NCBI GenBank assembly: GCA_963712745.1
Contig: CAVQJC010000002.1
Span: 160,001 to 224,000, forward strand
Direction: 5' to 3'
Origin: an uncultured Chloroflexia bacterium
Lineage (GTDB): Bacteria > Chloroflexota > Limnocylindria > Limnocylindrales > CSP1-4
DNA length: 64,000 bases
The notes beneath the pieces were generated by a model. The model saw only the letters and a program-made list of their open reading frames with translations, was not told the origin of the DNA and ran no database searches. This document shows positions 39,191 through 49,606 of this stretch, in pieces. Numbering within the stretch: the stretch's first letter is position 1; every line of letters begins with the position of its first letter. Made by a program: the position numbers and the translations under genes.

Positions 39191-39508
39191 ATGATGATCC
39201 TGGCCACCTCCGACACCATCGAAGGACGCGAGATCGCCGAGACCATCGGCATCGTGCGCGGCAATGCGGCTCGTGCCCGTGGCATCGGCTACGACATCAC
39301 CGCCGGCATCCGCAACATCTTCGGTGGCGCAGTGCCCGAATACTCGAACCTCATGACCGAGTCGCGCGACGAAGCCACTCAGAAGATGATCGAGGCAGCC
39401 CAGGCGTCGGGCGCCGACGCCATCGTGGCCGTGCGCTACACGACCTCGACGATCGCCAGCGGCGTCAGCGAGATCCTCGCCTTCGGTACAGCCGTCAAGT
39501 TCAAGTAG
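39191..39508 (+). CDS. YbjQ/UPF0145 family protein
   Basis: GIVRG...GIRNIFGG...GADAIVAVRY...AFGTAVK. Confidence 0.9.
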   Translation: MMILATSDTIEGREIAETIGIVRGNAARARGIGYDITAGIRNIFGGAVPEYSNLMTESRDEATQKMIEAAQASGADAIVAVRYTTSTIASGVSEILAFGTAVKFK

Positions 39509-39725
39509 GACCGGCAGCCGCCGCCATCGGCGACGGCAGCTGACTCACGGGCGGCGAGGACTCGACGGAGATGGCGACCATCACGGGCCCGTTGCCGGGA
39601 GTAGATCCCGGGCGGGGACCGGTCGTGGAACTCCCGAGCCCGGAGGCGGTGTTCGATCTCGGCTTGGCGCGCGCTGCGTCATTGCACGACTGCTACAACC
39701 CACGAAGGGCACAGCCCTCCCGCGG

Positions 39726-40725
39726 TCAGCCTCGGTGGCGCCGTCTGAGGATGTCGAGGTAGACCGCGAGGATGACGATGATGCCGGTGATGGTGATCTG
39801 CCACTCCTGCGGCACCGACAGCAGGCGCAGGCCGTTCGTGAGCACGCTGATGATGAAGGCGCCGATGACGGTGCCGAAGATCGAACCTTCGCCACCGCTC
39901 AGCGAGGTGCCGCCGATGACGGCCGCGGCGATGGCATCGAGCTCGTAGCCGAAGCCCTCGGCAGGCTGGGCCGAGTTGAGTCGCGCCGCGAGACCACGCC
40001 GGCGAGGCCCGCGAAGAGGCCGCTGAGCACGTAGGCCGAGGCCTTGTAGCGCATCGCGCGCACACCGGAGAGGCGGGTGGCTTCCTCGTTGCTGCCGATG
40101 GCGAAGATGTAGCGACCGAGCACCGTCTTGCGACAGGATGAAGCCGGCCACGATGGCCACGCCGAAGAAGACGAGCACGAGGTTCGGCAGAGGGAGGTCG
40201 AAGCCGGGGTCAGCGAATCGACGATGGAGCCCATGAAGGTCTCGGTTGAACTCGGGATTGTTCGGGAAGTAGACCGGGCGAACGTCGGAAAGGACCAGCG
40301 CCAGGCCGCGGGCGACGTTGAGCATGCCCAGCGTGGCGATGAACGGCGGCAGTCCGACGCGAGCGATGAGCGTGCCGTTGATGAGACCGATCAGGCCGCC
40401 GGCAAGGACGCCGACGACGATGCCGATGGGCACCGGCAGGCCGGATTGGTGATGAACGACCGCGGTCGATGACCGCGGAGAACGTCATGTTCGTGCCGAT
40501 CGAGAGGTCGATGCCGGCGGTGATGATGACGAAGGTCACGCCGATGGCGAGGATGCCGACGACCGAGGTGGCCAGGATGATGTTGATGACGTTGTTGGAC
40601 GTCAGGAAGAACGGGGAGGCGATGGTGAAGAAGATGACGATGATGACAAGCGCACCCAGCGCCAGGACACGCTGGACCGCGTCGGACCTGAAGATGGACC
40701 CGGCTCGTTTCAGTGCGCTCTGCAT
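39726..40725 (-). CDS. Ribose-type sugar ABC permease, frameshifted
   Basis: [29 protein letters not shown] and [19 protein letters not shown]. Confidence 0.85.
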
Positions 40726-42272
40726 CTATGCCCTCGACCAAGTCCTTGACTTCGGCGACCGACTCGCGCTGCGTCGCGAGCGTCATGATCTTCTCCTGGT
40801 CCGCTTCGCGGCGGTCAGCTCGCCGGTGAGTCGGCCCTCGCACATGACGATGATGCGGTGGCTCATGCGCAGGATCTCCGGCAGCTCCGAGCTGATCATG
40901 ATGATCGACTTGCCCTGCGGCGGCCAGCTCGTTGAGCAGGTGGTAGATCTCCTGCTTGGCGCCGACGTCGATGCCTCGCGTGGGCTCATCGAAGATGAGG
41001 ATGTCCATCTCCGCGGTCAGCCACTTGGCGACGACGACCTTCTGCTGGTTGCCGCCCGAGAGGTTGCGCGCCTTCTGGCCGATGCCCGGCGTCTTGATGT
41101 CGAGCTCCTCGACGCGCTGCTCGGCGGCCGCCTTGGTCTTGGCGGTATCGACCTGGCCGAGGCGACTTGAGGAACTGTCTGAACGAGGCCAGGGCGATGT
41201 TGGTCTCGAGGTCCAGGCCCAGGGTCAGGCCGTGTCGCTTGCGGTCCTCGGAGAGATAGGCGATGCCCATCCCGCACGGCCTGGGCCGGGTTGGTGATCT
41301 CCGCGACCTCGCCGTTGACGAGGATCTCGCCGGCGTCCTTGCTGGTCGGCCCCGAAGATGAGCCTGGCCAGTCTCCGTGCGACCGGCGCCGACGAGCCCG
41401 GCGACACCGAGGATCTCGCCGCGGCGCAGCTCGAAGGAGACGTCCTGGACTGCGCGGCCCGCGCGAGAGGCCCTTGACCTCGAGGACCACGTCCGGCTCG
41501 GCTAGGTCCGCCTCGGCACGTGGGGCGCCTCTTCGTAGATGGTGCGGCCGACCATCATCGAGATGATCTCGTCGATGATCACGGCGCCGATGTCGACCGT
41601 GTCGACGTGCTGGCCGTCACGCATGACCGTGACGCGGTCGGCGATCTCGCGCAGCTCCTCGAGCCGGTGGCGAGATGTGGACGATGCCCTTGCCCTGCTC
41701 TCGCAGCGAGCGGATGATGCGGAAGAGTTCCTCGATCTCGGTCTCGGTCAGGGCGGCGGTCGGCTCGTCCATGATGAGCACCGACGCATCGAGCGACAGC
41801 GCCTTGGCGATCTCCACCATCTGCTGCTGCGCGACCTTGAGGTCCATGACCTTGGCGGTAGGGTCGAGCTTGAGGCCGAGCCGGTCGACGAGCTCGGCGG
41901 TCTTTCGGACCTGTGCCTTGTCGTCGACCGTGAAGCCGAGGCGGCCGCGCGGCTCACGGCCCAGGTAGATGTTCTGGGCCACCGTGAGGTGGGCGCCAGC
42001 ACCAGTTCCTGGTGGATCATGCTGATGCCGAGGTCACGACCGGCGCGCGGGTTGGGAACCTCGACCTGCCGGCCCTGGACCTCGATGGTGCCGGCGTCCT
42101 TCTGGTAGACGCCGGTGAGGACCTTCATCAGCGTCGACTTGCCAGCGCCGTTCTCACCGACCAGCGCGTGCACCTCTCCGGGGCGCAGCTCGAACCGGGC
42201 ATCCCGCAGCGCCTGCACGCCGGGGAAGGCCTTGTCGATGCCCTGCATCCGGATGAGTAGGTCGGCCGCCAT
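40726..42272 (-). CDS. Sugar ABC ATP-binding protein (two-domain RbsA-like), frameshifted
   Basis: [35 protein letters not shown] and ISSELPE in different frames. Confidence 0.88.
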
Positions 42273-42294
42273 CCGGGTCCTCGCTCAGACGGAA

Positions 42295-42341
42295 TGGACG
42301 AACGGGACTGCCGCTCGGATCGCGGCAGTCCCGTCGGTCCA
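42295..42341. terminator. Intercistronic stem-loop after the binding-protein gene
   Basis: tggacgaacgggactgccgc-tcggatc-gcggcagtcccgtcggtcca. Confidence 0.6.
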
Positions 42342-42359
42342 GTGACTCAAGGGTTCGGG

Positions 42360-43354
42360 CTACTCGTAGAGGACCGCCTTGACCTCGCGGAGTCGATGGT
42401 TCGACGCATCGGCCCAGATGAAGCCGGTGTCGATCATGGGCGGCACCTCCATGCCCTGGAGCGCCATGGCAGCCGCTTCGACGCACTTGGCGCCGATGCC
42501 GACCGGGTTCTGCTGGACCGCACCGGCCATGGTGCCGTCCTTGATGGCGTTGATCTGGAACTGAGGCCAGAGTCATAGCCGATGAGCGACGAAGTCGCCG
42601 ACCATATCGAGTTCGGTGACCGCGTTGATGACGCCGATCGCGGAGCCCTCGTTGGCACCGAAGAAGCCCTTGATGTCCGGGTTGGCCGTGATCATGCCCT
42701 TGCGATGTCGGTCGACTGCATCTGGTGCTCGCCCGGCGCCGTAGTCGGGGCCGACGATCTCGATGTCGGGATACATCTCGGCCATACGGTTGACGAAGCC
42801 GTCGCGGCGGTCGATGCCGGTGCGGCTGGTCGAGTCGTGGACGATGACACCGACCTTGCCGGCGCCACCGATGAGCCTCGGCCATCTTGTCGGCGGCCAG
42901 CGCGGCGGCAGCGATGTTGTCTGGTCGCGGCGGTGGTGATGGGAATGTCACCCTCGACGCCGGAGTCGAAGGCGATGACCGGGATGCCGTCGGCCTGGAT
43001 CTTCTCGAGCAGCGGCAGCGCAGCCTGGCTGTCGAGCGCGGCGAAGCAGACCGCGTCCGGATTCTTCTGGTACTCGGCCTGCGAGCATGTCGATCTGGAT
43101 CTGGACGTCGCGACTCGGTCGGCGGGCCGTGAAGTTGACGTCCATGTTCAGCTCAGCAGCCTTCTGCCTCGGCGCCAGGCCGTGACGGCCTGCCAGAACT
43201 GGTGCTGGAAGCCCTTGGAGACGATGGGCACGTAGATGTCGGCGTCGTCGGCGAACGCATCCGGGCCGGCCATCTCGTCCTGGGCCACGGCCGGGGCTGC
43301 CATCACAGCCGCCAGCGCGATGGCTGAAGTCAGCGCGAGTGCACGTGTCTTCAT
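42360..43354 (-). CDS. Sugar ABC substrate-binding protein, heavily frameshifted
   Basis: Signal peptide ...AVAQ; SKGFQHQFWQAV, NPDIKGFFGANEGSA and IGYDSG. Confidence 0.8.
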
Positions 43355-43524
43355 GGTCCTCCTTCGTTGTCCTCTCAGCCCGAGGCACGGATCAGAACGG
43401 CCGTGCGCATAGGTTTGCGGGCTGTCCCATGCACTATACCCGCGACGCGGACGCCCGCGCCGGACGGAGGGCACATTGGCAGGGTCCGTCCGGACCTGCA
43501 GTCAGGGCCATCCGGCGGTGTTCA

Positions 43525-43538
43525 TGGGAACGTTCCCA
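43525..43538. promoter_or_regulatory. Perfect palindrome, LacI-type operator
   Basis: TGGGAACGTTCCCA upstream of the sugar ABC operon. Confidence 0.65.
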
Positions 43539-43575
43539 GGGGTGTTGGCGCTGGTACCAGCGGGTGTGCCGGCGG

Positions 43576-45954
43576 TCAGCCAACTGGCAGCCAGAGCAGG
43601 CTCACCTCGTCGACGCTGATATCGGTCTTCTCCAGCCCTATCTCGATGGGCTCGATGGCCAACGCCTTCTCGTTCCACTCCTGGTCGATCTCGGCGATGG
43701 CTTCCCCCAGGTCCTGCTCGAGGTCCTCGAGCGCGAGGTTCTTCTCCTCGATGCGGTTGTCGATGGTGCGGATGCGCTGCGCGGACGACTGCCCGCGGGT
43801 GGCCGCCCGCCCCGCCGAGCGGGCGATGGTAGTCGTGCTGGTACGTCCGCCGAGGATGCTGCCGAGCACCGAGCTGCCGATGGAGATGAGATCCTGGTTG
43901 CGCTGGTTGCGCACGTCCGACTGCAGTTCGTCGATGCGGTCCTCGTACTTGGCGATGGCGACCCGCAGGTTGTCCATCCTGGCGGTGAGCCGTTCGCGGA
44001 TCTTCGAGAGCTCCTCGTCCCTGGCCTCGTCGGCAGCGCCACGACAGCGCGCGGCGAAGGCAGCTTCCGACTCGCCGATGCGGGAGTAGAGCTTGAGCTC
44101 GCGGTTGGCCTGCAGCGTGATCGTGCGGGCGCGGTGCAGATTGTCCTTGAGGCCTGCGGTGACCGAGCGGAAGAACGCCTTGTCGGCGATGGGCGCATCG
44201 GTCAGCAGGTAGGTCGCCGCTTCGGGTGGGTCGCGACGCAGGTCACGGCTGTCGTAGTCGACATCGATGGCCTCTCCCCAATCGACGTCCCTGCTCCCCA
44301 GGCGCACGAAGGCCTCCCATTCGACGGTCTCGCGCAGGGCGGCCTTGGTGTCGTCGAAGAGCATCTGCACGCGCGTCACCAGCGACGGCGTCAGGCGGGC
44401 GCCGCCCGGCACGGCGCCGACCTCGGCCGCCCAGGGAGCGGCGACATCGAGGTAGTACACGTCCACACCATCGGCGACCTCGGGCGCGACGTTCGTCTCG
44501 TCCTCGGCCAGCTCGGGCGTCGGCGGCTCGGGGGCGACGGGCGCCCCAGCGGCATCGGCCACCGCTCCGGCCGCGGGTCCCGCCGCCCGGTCGCCGGTGA
44601 GTCGCTTGATCTGATCGCGCGTCAGGGGGCCGGCCAGGTAGGACATGGCCCAGCGCGTGGAGAACCGCTGCGGCGCGTCCGTGCGCGTGCTGTGGAAGAG
44701 GAACTGGCGCTTGTCCAGCGCGGAGATGGTCGCGTCGGTCGCAGCCTTGTCGACCTCCCCTGCGGCAGAGGTCATGCCCTCGAGCAGGCGTGCCTTGTCG
44801 CGCTCGGTCTGCAGCCGGCCGATCATCCAGGTGCCGGCATTGCTGAGCGCCTTGTAGTCGAGGTCGACCGGGTTCTGGGTGGACAGCACCATGCCCACGC
44901 CGTGCGCACGAGCCTGCTTGAGGATGGTGAGGATGGGCTTCTTGGCCGGCGGCACCGCGGTCGGAGGTACGTAGCCGAAGACCTCGTCCATGTAGATGAG
45001 CGCGCGCAGCTCGCCGGTGCCCGACTGCCGGCGGGTCCAGGTGACCATCTTCGAGAGGACCATGGTGACCACGAACATGCGCTCGGCCTCGGAGAGGTGC
45101 GAGACCGAGATGATCGCCGCCTGGGGCAGACCGTCGGCCTTGAGCATGGCCTCGATGTCGAGCGGACGACCCTGGTTCCAGGAGGCGAACGAGGGCGAGG
45201 CCAGCAGGCCGTTGAGCTTCAGGGCCAGTGCTGCACGATCCCCGGGCGGGTAGAAGGTATCGAGGTCGAGCACACCCAGCTTGCGCATGGGCGGGTCCTG
45301 GATCTGGCCGATGAGCGTGGCCAGGTCCAGGTCCTGACCACCCGACCAGCTGCGTTCGACGAGGTTGGCGATGAGGATGTGCTCGGGGCTCGCCAGCGGA
45401 TCGGCCTCGACGCCGACCAGCCCGAGCAGGCCGGAAGTGAAGCCCTCGACCTCGTCGCGCAGGGTCTCCAGGTCGTCGGCCGAGCCTGGAGCCTTGAGCG
45501 AGCCGATGAGGTCGAGCGGTACGCCCGCGGTGGAGCCGGGCGTGTAGATGGTGAAGCCGGCCGCCTGGCGGAGGCGTGCGATACGGTCGGGCGTGATGCC
45601 GCTGCGGGCGAGACCGTCGCGCCAGGTCTGGGCGGTCTTCTCTGCGAGCTCGTCGGGCGTGATGCCCTCACGAGCCGCAGCGGCCTCCTCGATCCAGGGC
45701 CGGAAATCGGACGGACGCAGCTGGGGGAAGGTCAGCAGCAGGTTGCCCATGTCGCCCTTGGGGTCGATGACCAGGCAAGGGATGCCCTGAAGCAGCGCGT
45801 CCTCGAGCAGGTCGATGCCCAGGCCCGTCTTGCCCGAGCCGGTCATGCCCACGATGACGCCGTGGGTGGTCAGGTCGGCGGGATCCACCGTCAGTGGCCC
45901 CTCCGCATCGACACGCTGGCCGATGTACAGCTCGTTCGGGTCGATGCCGGTCAT
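43576..45954 (-). CDS. HerA/FtsK-superfamily ATPase (DUF87/DUF853-like) with C-terminal coiled coil
   Basis: Walker A GMTGSGKT, IDPKGD, Walker B IYMDE, ARAHG and STQNP; heptad-rich C-terminus. Confidence 0.85.
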   Translation of the reverse strand: MTGIDPNELYIGQRVDAEGPLTVDPADLTTHGVIVGMTGSGKTGLGIDLLEDALLQGIPCLVIDPKGDMGNLLLTFPQLRPSDFRPWIEEAAAAREGITPDELAEKTAQTWRDGLARSGITPDRIARLRQAAGFTIYTPGSTAGVPLDLIGSLKAPGSADDLETLRDEVEGFTSGLLGLVGVEADPLASPEHILIANLVERSWSGGQDLDLATLIGQIQDPPMRKLGVLDLDTFYPPGDRAALALKLNGLLASPSFASWNQGRPLDIEAMLKADGLPQAAIISVSHLSEAERMFVVTMVLSKMVTWTRRQSGTGELRALIYMDEVFGYVPPTAVPPAKKPILTILKQARAHGVGMVLSTQNPVDLDYKALSNAGTWMIGRLQTERDKARLLEGMTSAAGEVDKAATDATISALDKRQFLFHSTRTDAPQRFSTRWAMSYLAGPLTRDQIKRLTGDRAAGPAAGAVADAAGAPVAPEPPTPELAEDETNVAPEVADGVDVYYLDVAAPWAAEVGAVPGGARLTPSLVTRVQMLFDDTKAALRETVEWEAFVRLGSRDVDWGEAIDVDYDSRDLRRDPPEAATYLLTDAPIADKAFFRSVTAGLKDNLHRARTITLQANRELKLYSRIGESEAAFAARCRGAADEARDEELSKIRERLTARMDNLRVAIAKYEDRIDELQSDVRNQRNQDLISIGSSVLGSILGGRTSTTTIARSAGRAATRGQSSAQRIRTIDNRIEEKNLALEDLEQDLGEAIAEIDQEWNEKALAIEPIEIGLEKTDISVDEVSLLWLPVG

Positions 45955-46048
45955 GGGTGCCTCACCTCGGTCGCCGGCACGCGGGCACGTGCCGTGCGCT
46001 CAACGTAGCCAATTCGTGCGCGCAAGACGAGTGACGGGCGAGGCCGCG

Positions 46049-48028
46049 TCAGCCCTGGCTGGTGTTGCGCTCCGCCTCAGGAGTGGTGGCCTCGTCCTCC
46101 TCGCGGCGTCCGACCGCGATGATGGCCGGGATGCGGGCCGGGCCACCCTCGCCATCGAGGAGCGCGCCCGGGGTCGAGGCGATGACGCCGATCGAGACGC
46201 GGAAGCCCGCACGTCGTTGGAGACGCGGCATCAGGGTCCCCTGCCCCACCGGGGCTTCGTTGGGGAACCACTTCAGCCACTCCTCGTAGAAGACGTCGAA
46301 GTCCGCACCCTCGCGCAGCGACCAGTTGGCCCAGACGACCTCGTCGAGCGAGCTGCCGTGCTCCTCCAGCGTGGTCTTGAGGTTGGCCATGCACTGGCGG
46401 GTCTGGTCCTTGAGCTCGCCACTGACGGTCATGCCGGTCTCGGGGTCGACCGGGCCGATGGACGAGACGTAGACCATGCCGCCGGCGCGTACGGCCCGGC
46501 CGCGGCCGACTTCGGCGGCCGGCCGGGTCAGCGATTCGCCCATGCCGCCGATTCCCCAACGGGACTTGCCCGCGTGGGTCGGCTGAGCGGGGTCCTCGGG
46601 CGGGATGCCGTACTCGCCCTCCGGCAGGTGGAGGCCGCGGATCTGGAAGGTGGGCATGAAGGTCGGCCGCAGGCCGGTGGGCTTGAGATACCCCTGGATC
46701 TTGCCGTCGACCACGCCGGTCTGCTCGAACTTGAAGATCTCCTGGGTCAGGATGTCGTCATCCTCGACGCCGTAGACCTCGGTGATGCTGATGATCTTGC
46801 GAGAGCCGTCGCGCAGCCGGGCGGTGTGCACGATGACATCGACCGCCGAGGCGATCTGCTCGCGGATGGCCCGCATCGGCAGCTCGTAGCCGGTCATGAG
46901 GATCATCGTCTCGAGGCGGCGAAGCATGTCCCGTGGCGTGTTGGCGTGGCCGGTGGAGAGCGAGCCTTCCTGTCCCGTGGTCATGGCCTGGATCATGTCC
47001 AGCGCCTCACCGGCACGACACTCGCCCACCACGATGCGGTCGGGACGCATGTGCAGGGCATTGCGCAGCAGGTCGCGGATGGTGATCTCACCCTCGCCTT
47101 CGAGGTTGGCCGGGCGGGCTTCCAGCGTGACCACGTGTGTCTGACCCAGCAAGAGCTCTGCGGCGTCCTCGATGGTGATGATGCGTTCTTCCTCGGGGAT
47201 GAACGACGAGAGCACGTTGAGCGTCGTGGTCTTGCCCGAGCCCGTTCCGCCACTGAGGAACACGTTCAGCCGAGCCTCGACGCAGGCCTTGAGGAATTCG
47301 AACATCTCCGGGGTGGCGGTGCCGAACTCGGTCAGGTCCTCCACGGTGAAGCGCGTGGCGAACTTGCGCACGGTGATGACGGGACCGACCAGCGAGAGCG
47401 GCTTGATGATGCAGTTGACACGGGAACCGTCCGGCAGGCGTGCATCGACGCGCGGGTTGGACTCGTCGATGTGACGGCCAAGGGGCGTGATGATGCGGTC
47501 GATGACGTTGAGCACATGTTCGTCGTTACGGAAGCTGACGGACGACTTCTCGAGGCGGCCGGCACGCTCGATGTAGACCTGGTAGGGACCGTTGACCATG
47601 ACCTCGGTGATGGTCGGGTCGGAGAGCAGCGGTTCGATGGGTCCGAAACCGGCGACCTCGTCCACGACGCCCTGGACCAGTCGGCTGCGCTCGTCGCGGG
47701 TGAGGCTGAGGTCGTTGTCGGCGATGAACTCGGCAACGAAGTCATCGATCTCGCCGGACAGCCTCTGACGCACGCCGGCGGGGTTGGACAGGTCGATGCG
47801 CGACGACAGGGCGTTGGCCACGGCCTGCTCGACGCGGGTGCGGATCTGCCGGAAGCTCTCCTCGCGCTTGGAGAAGGTCGGGGACGCGACGGGTGCGGGG
47901 GCCGGATCGACCCGCGGCGCAGCAGGCACGACCGCGCTCGACGCTGGGACTCCGGGTGTGACCGGAGCACCGGGCGCGGGCGGCGCTTCTCCACGCTTCG
48001 CAGCTTCGACTCGTTCGAGCAGTGACAT
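46049..48028 (-). CDS. CpaF/TadA-family ATPase fused to a C-terminal RidA/YjgF-like domain
   Basis: [46 protein letters not shown] and STGHAN, then [19 protein letters not shown]...[22 protein letters not shown]. Confidence 0.88.
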   Translation of the reverse strand: MSLLERVEAAKRGEAPPAPGAPVTPGVPASSAVVPAAPRVDPAPAPVASPTFSKREESFRQIRTRVEQAVANALSSRIDLSNPAGVRQRLSGEIDDFVAEFIADNDLSLTRDERSRLVQGVVDEVAGFGPIEPLLSDPTITEVMVNGPYQVYIERAGRLEKSSVSFRNDEHVLNVIDRIITPLGRHIDESNPRVDARLPDGSRVNCIIKPLSLVGPVITVRKFATRFTVEDLTEFGTATPEMFEFLKACVEARLNVFLSGGTGSGKTTTLNVLSSFIPEEERIITIEDAAELLLGQTHVVTLEARPANLEGEGEITIRDLLRNALHMRPDRIVVGECRAGEALDMIQAMTTGQEGSLSTGHANTPRDMLRRLETMILMTGYELPMRAIREQIASAVDVIVHTARLRDGSRKIISITEVYGVEDDDILTQEIFKFEQTGVVDGKIQGYLKPTGLRPTFMPTFQIRGLHLPEGEYGIPPEDPAQPTHAGKSRWGIGGMGESLTRPAAEVGRGRAVRAGGMVYVSSIGPVDPETGMTVSGELKDQTRQCMANLKTTLEEHGSSLDEVVWANWSLREGADFDVFYEEWLKWFPNEAPVGQGTLMPRLQRRAGFRVSIGVIASTPGALLDGEGGPARIPAIIAVGRREEDEATTPEAERNTSQG

Positions 48029-48036
48029 CAGCACTT

Positions 48037-48066
48037 CCAATCGGGTCCCGTCCGCGGGACGATTGG
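48037..48066 (-). promoter_or_regulatory. 5'-UTR hairpin next to the cpaF ribosome-binding region
   Basis: CCAATCG..GTCCCG-tccg-CGGGAC GATTGG, just downstream of a TATGCT box on the minus strand. Confidence 0.45.
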
Positions 48067-48346
48067 ATGGCAGCATACCCCGGCCCCGGTAGTCCAGACC
48101 CCTGAAGGACCACTCCGAACCGGACCTTTCGCTGGTCCACGTCGCGGAGCCGCAACGAAACGGACCACCGGACGGTTGACGGCCGGGACTGTCGGGCCCA
48201 CCGGCATACGCGTGGTGTGGCGTGCGCGTGGAGCGGCGTGCGCGGAGCAAGGCGGAGCGCCGGGCTGAGGCCCGGCGCTCCCGGCCTTGAGAGGGGTGTC
48301 GGGCCTCGGCGAGGCCCGTGATGAGGTTTGTCGGTCGGGCTGACGG

Positions 48347-49042
48347 CTACGGGTTCTTGTGCTCGCAGTCGCGTGCGACGCGGTCCCTGCCATCGGCAAA
48401 CACCGTGTCATCGCCGGGACCGCAGATGATGACGTCGCGCTGGCCATCGTCGGCGTAGATGACGTCGTCACCTCGCCCTGCCCGAACCTTGTCGCGGCCT
48501 GGGCCCAGGTCGATCTTGTCGTCGCCCGCGCCTCCTCGCACACGATCATCGCCGTTCCCGGCGCGCACGCCGTCAGCGCCAGAGCCCAGGCGGATGGAGT
48601 CACCCCTGTCACCGCCGTAGACGATGTCGTCGCCGGAACCAGCCCAGATGACGTCGCGGCCATCCTCACCGGCAAGCTTGTCGTTGCCGGCGCCGCCGCG
48701 GATGAGATCTCCCTGGTCGCCGCCCCAGACTTCGTCATCGCCGGCGCCGGCGATGACCTTGTCGCGCCCGGCGCCCGCGTAGATATCGTCATCGCCGGTG
48801 CCGCCGCGAACGAGGTCGCTCCTGTCGTCGGCGTAGATCTCGTCGTTGCCGCCGAGGCCGATGAGCTTGTCACGATCCCCGGGTTCAGCCTTGTAGTAGT
48901 CGTCTCCCGCGGTGTCGATCCAGACGTTGTCGAACCCGTGCGGCCAGAAGTGCGGACCATGGGCGGCCGCGACAGACGAGAACACGAGCAACAGCGCGGC
49001 ACTCGTGGCGGCCGTCACGCCGAGGTTTCGAAGCTGGGGCAT
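48347..49042 (-). CDS. Secreted protein with hemolysin-type (RTX) Ca2+-binding nonapeptide repeats
   Basis: Signal peptide, about 16 GGxGxDxLx-like repeats and C-terminal CGPGDD...DCE. Confidence 0.88.
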   Translation of the reverse strand: MPQLRNLGVTAATSAALLLVFSSVAAAHGPHFWPHGFDNVWIDTAGDDYYKAEPGDRDKLIGLGGNDEIYADDRSDLVRGGTGDDDIYAGAGRDKVIAGAGDDEVWGGDQGDLIRGGAGNDKLAGEDGRDVIWAGSGDDIVYGGDRGDSIRLGSGADGVRAGNGDDRVRGGAGDDKIDLGPGRDKVRAGRGDDVIYADDGQRDVIICGPGDDTVFADGRDRVARDCEHKNP

Positions 49043-49129
49043 ATCGCGAGTCCTCCTGCGTTTCCGAGCGGCCGGCTCGAGCACGGCGCCGATCCTCCTG
49101 TCCGCTCGCGTGGAACGTTCCCGAGAGTA

Positions 49130-49167
49130 TACGACAAGTTGTCGTATATCTACGACGCGTTGTCGTA
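49130..49167. promoter_or_regulatory. Two tandem BlaI-type operators
   Basis: TACGAC-aagtt-GTCGTA (49130-49146) and TACGAC-gcgtt-GTCGTA (49151-49167). Confidence 0.8.
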
Positions 49168-49213
49168 CCATGGCTTGATGCGCGCTATAGTGGGTGAAGC
49201 AGTGGGAGGCACC

Positions 49214-49606
49214 GTGCCGACACGACAACCCCTCGCCAACGCCGAGCTCGCGATCATGGAGCTGCTCTGGGACGAGGACCGCCTGACGGCGCGTCAGATG
49301 CGCGAGCGCCTCTATCCCGGGGCCGAGAAAGCCCAGCACGGGACCGTCCAGCGGCTGCTGCAGCGCCTCGAAGAGAAGGGCTACGTGGCTCGCGACCGCG
49401 ATCTGCCGGTGCACCTCTTCAGCGCAGAGATCAGCCGCGAGGCCTACGGCAGCGGCCAGCTCGAGTCGATCGCCGAGCGCCTCACCGCGGGGTCGTTGGC
49501 ACCCCTGGTCACACACCTCGTGGAGCAGCACCGCATCCCGCCCGACGAGATCGAACGGCTTCGCCGCATCCTCGACGCGTCCTCCGAAGCCACCGGGGAC
49601 GAGTGA
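49214..49606 (+). CDS. BlaI/MecI/CopY-family repressor
   Basis: AELAIMELLW...TVQRLLQRLEEKGYV...GSLAPLVTHLV...EIERLRRIL. Alternative leaderless start at 49178. Confidence 0.9.
   Translation: MPTRQPLANAELAIMELLWDEDRLTARQMRERLYPGAEKAQHGTVQRLLQRLEEKGYVARDRDLPVHLFSAEISREAYGSGQLESIAERLTAGSLAPLVTHLVEQHRIPPDEIERLRRILDASSEATGDE

Noticed and set aside
43339-48025. 889-aa and 736-aa plus-strand ORFs
   Set aside because: They are shadow frames of the HerA-like and CpaF genes and carry no recognisable motifs.
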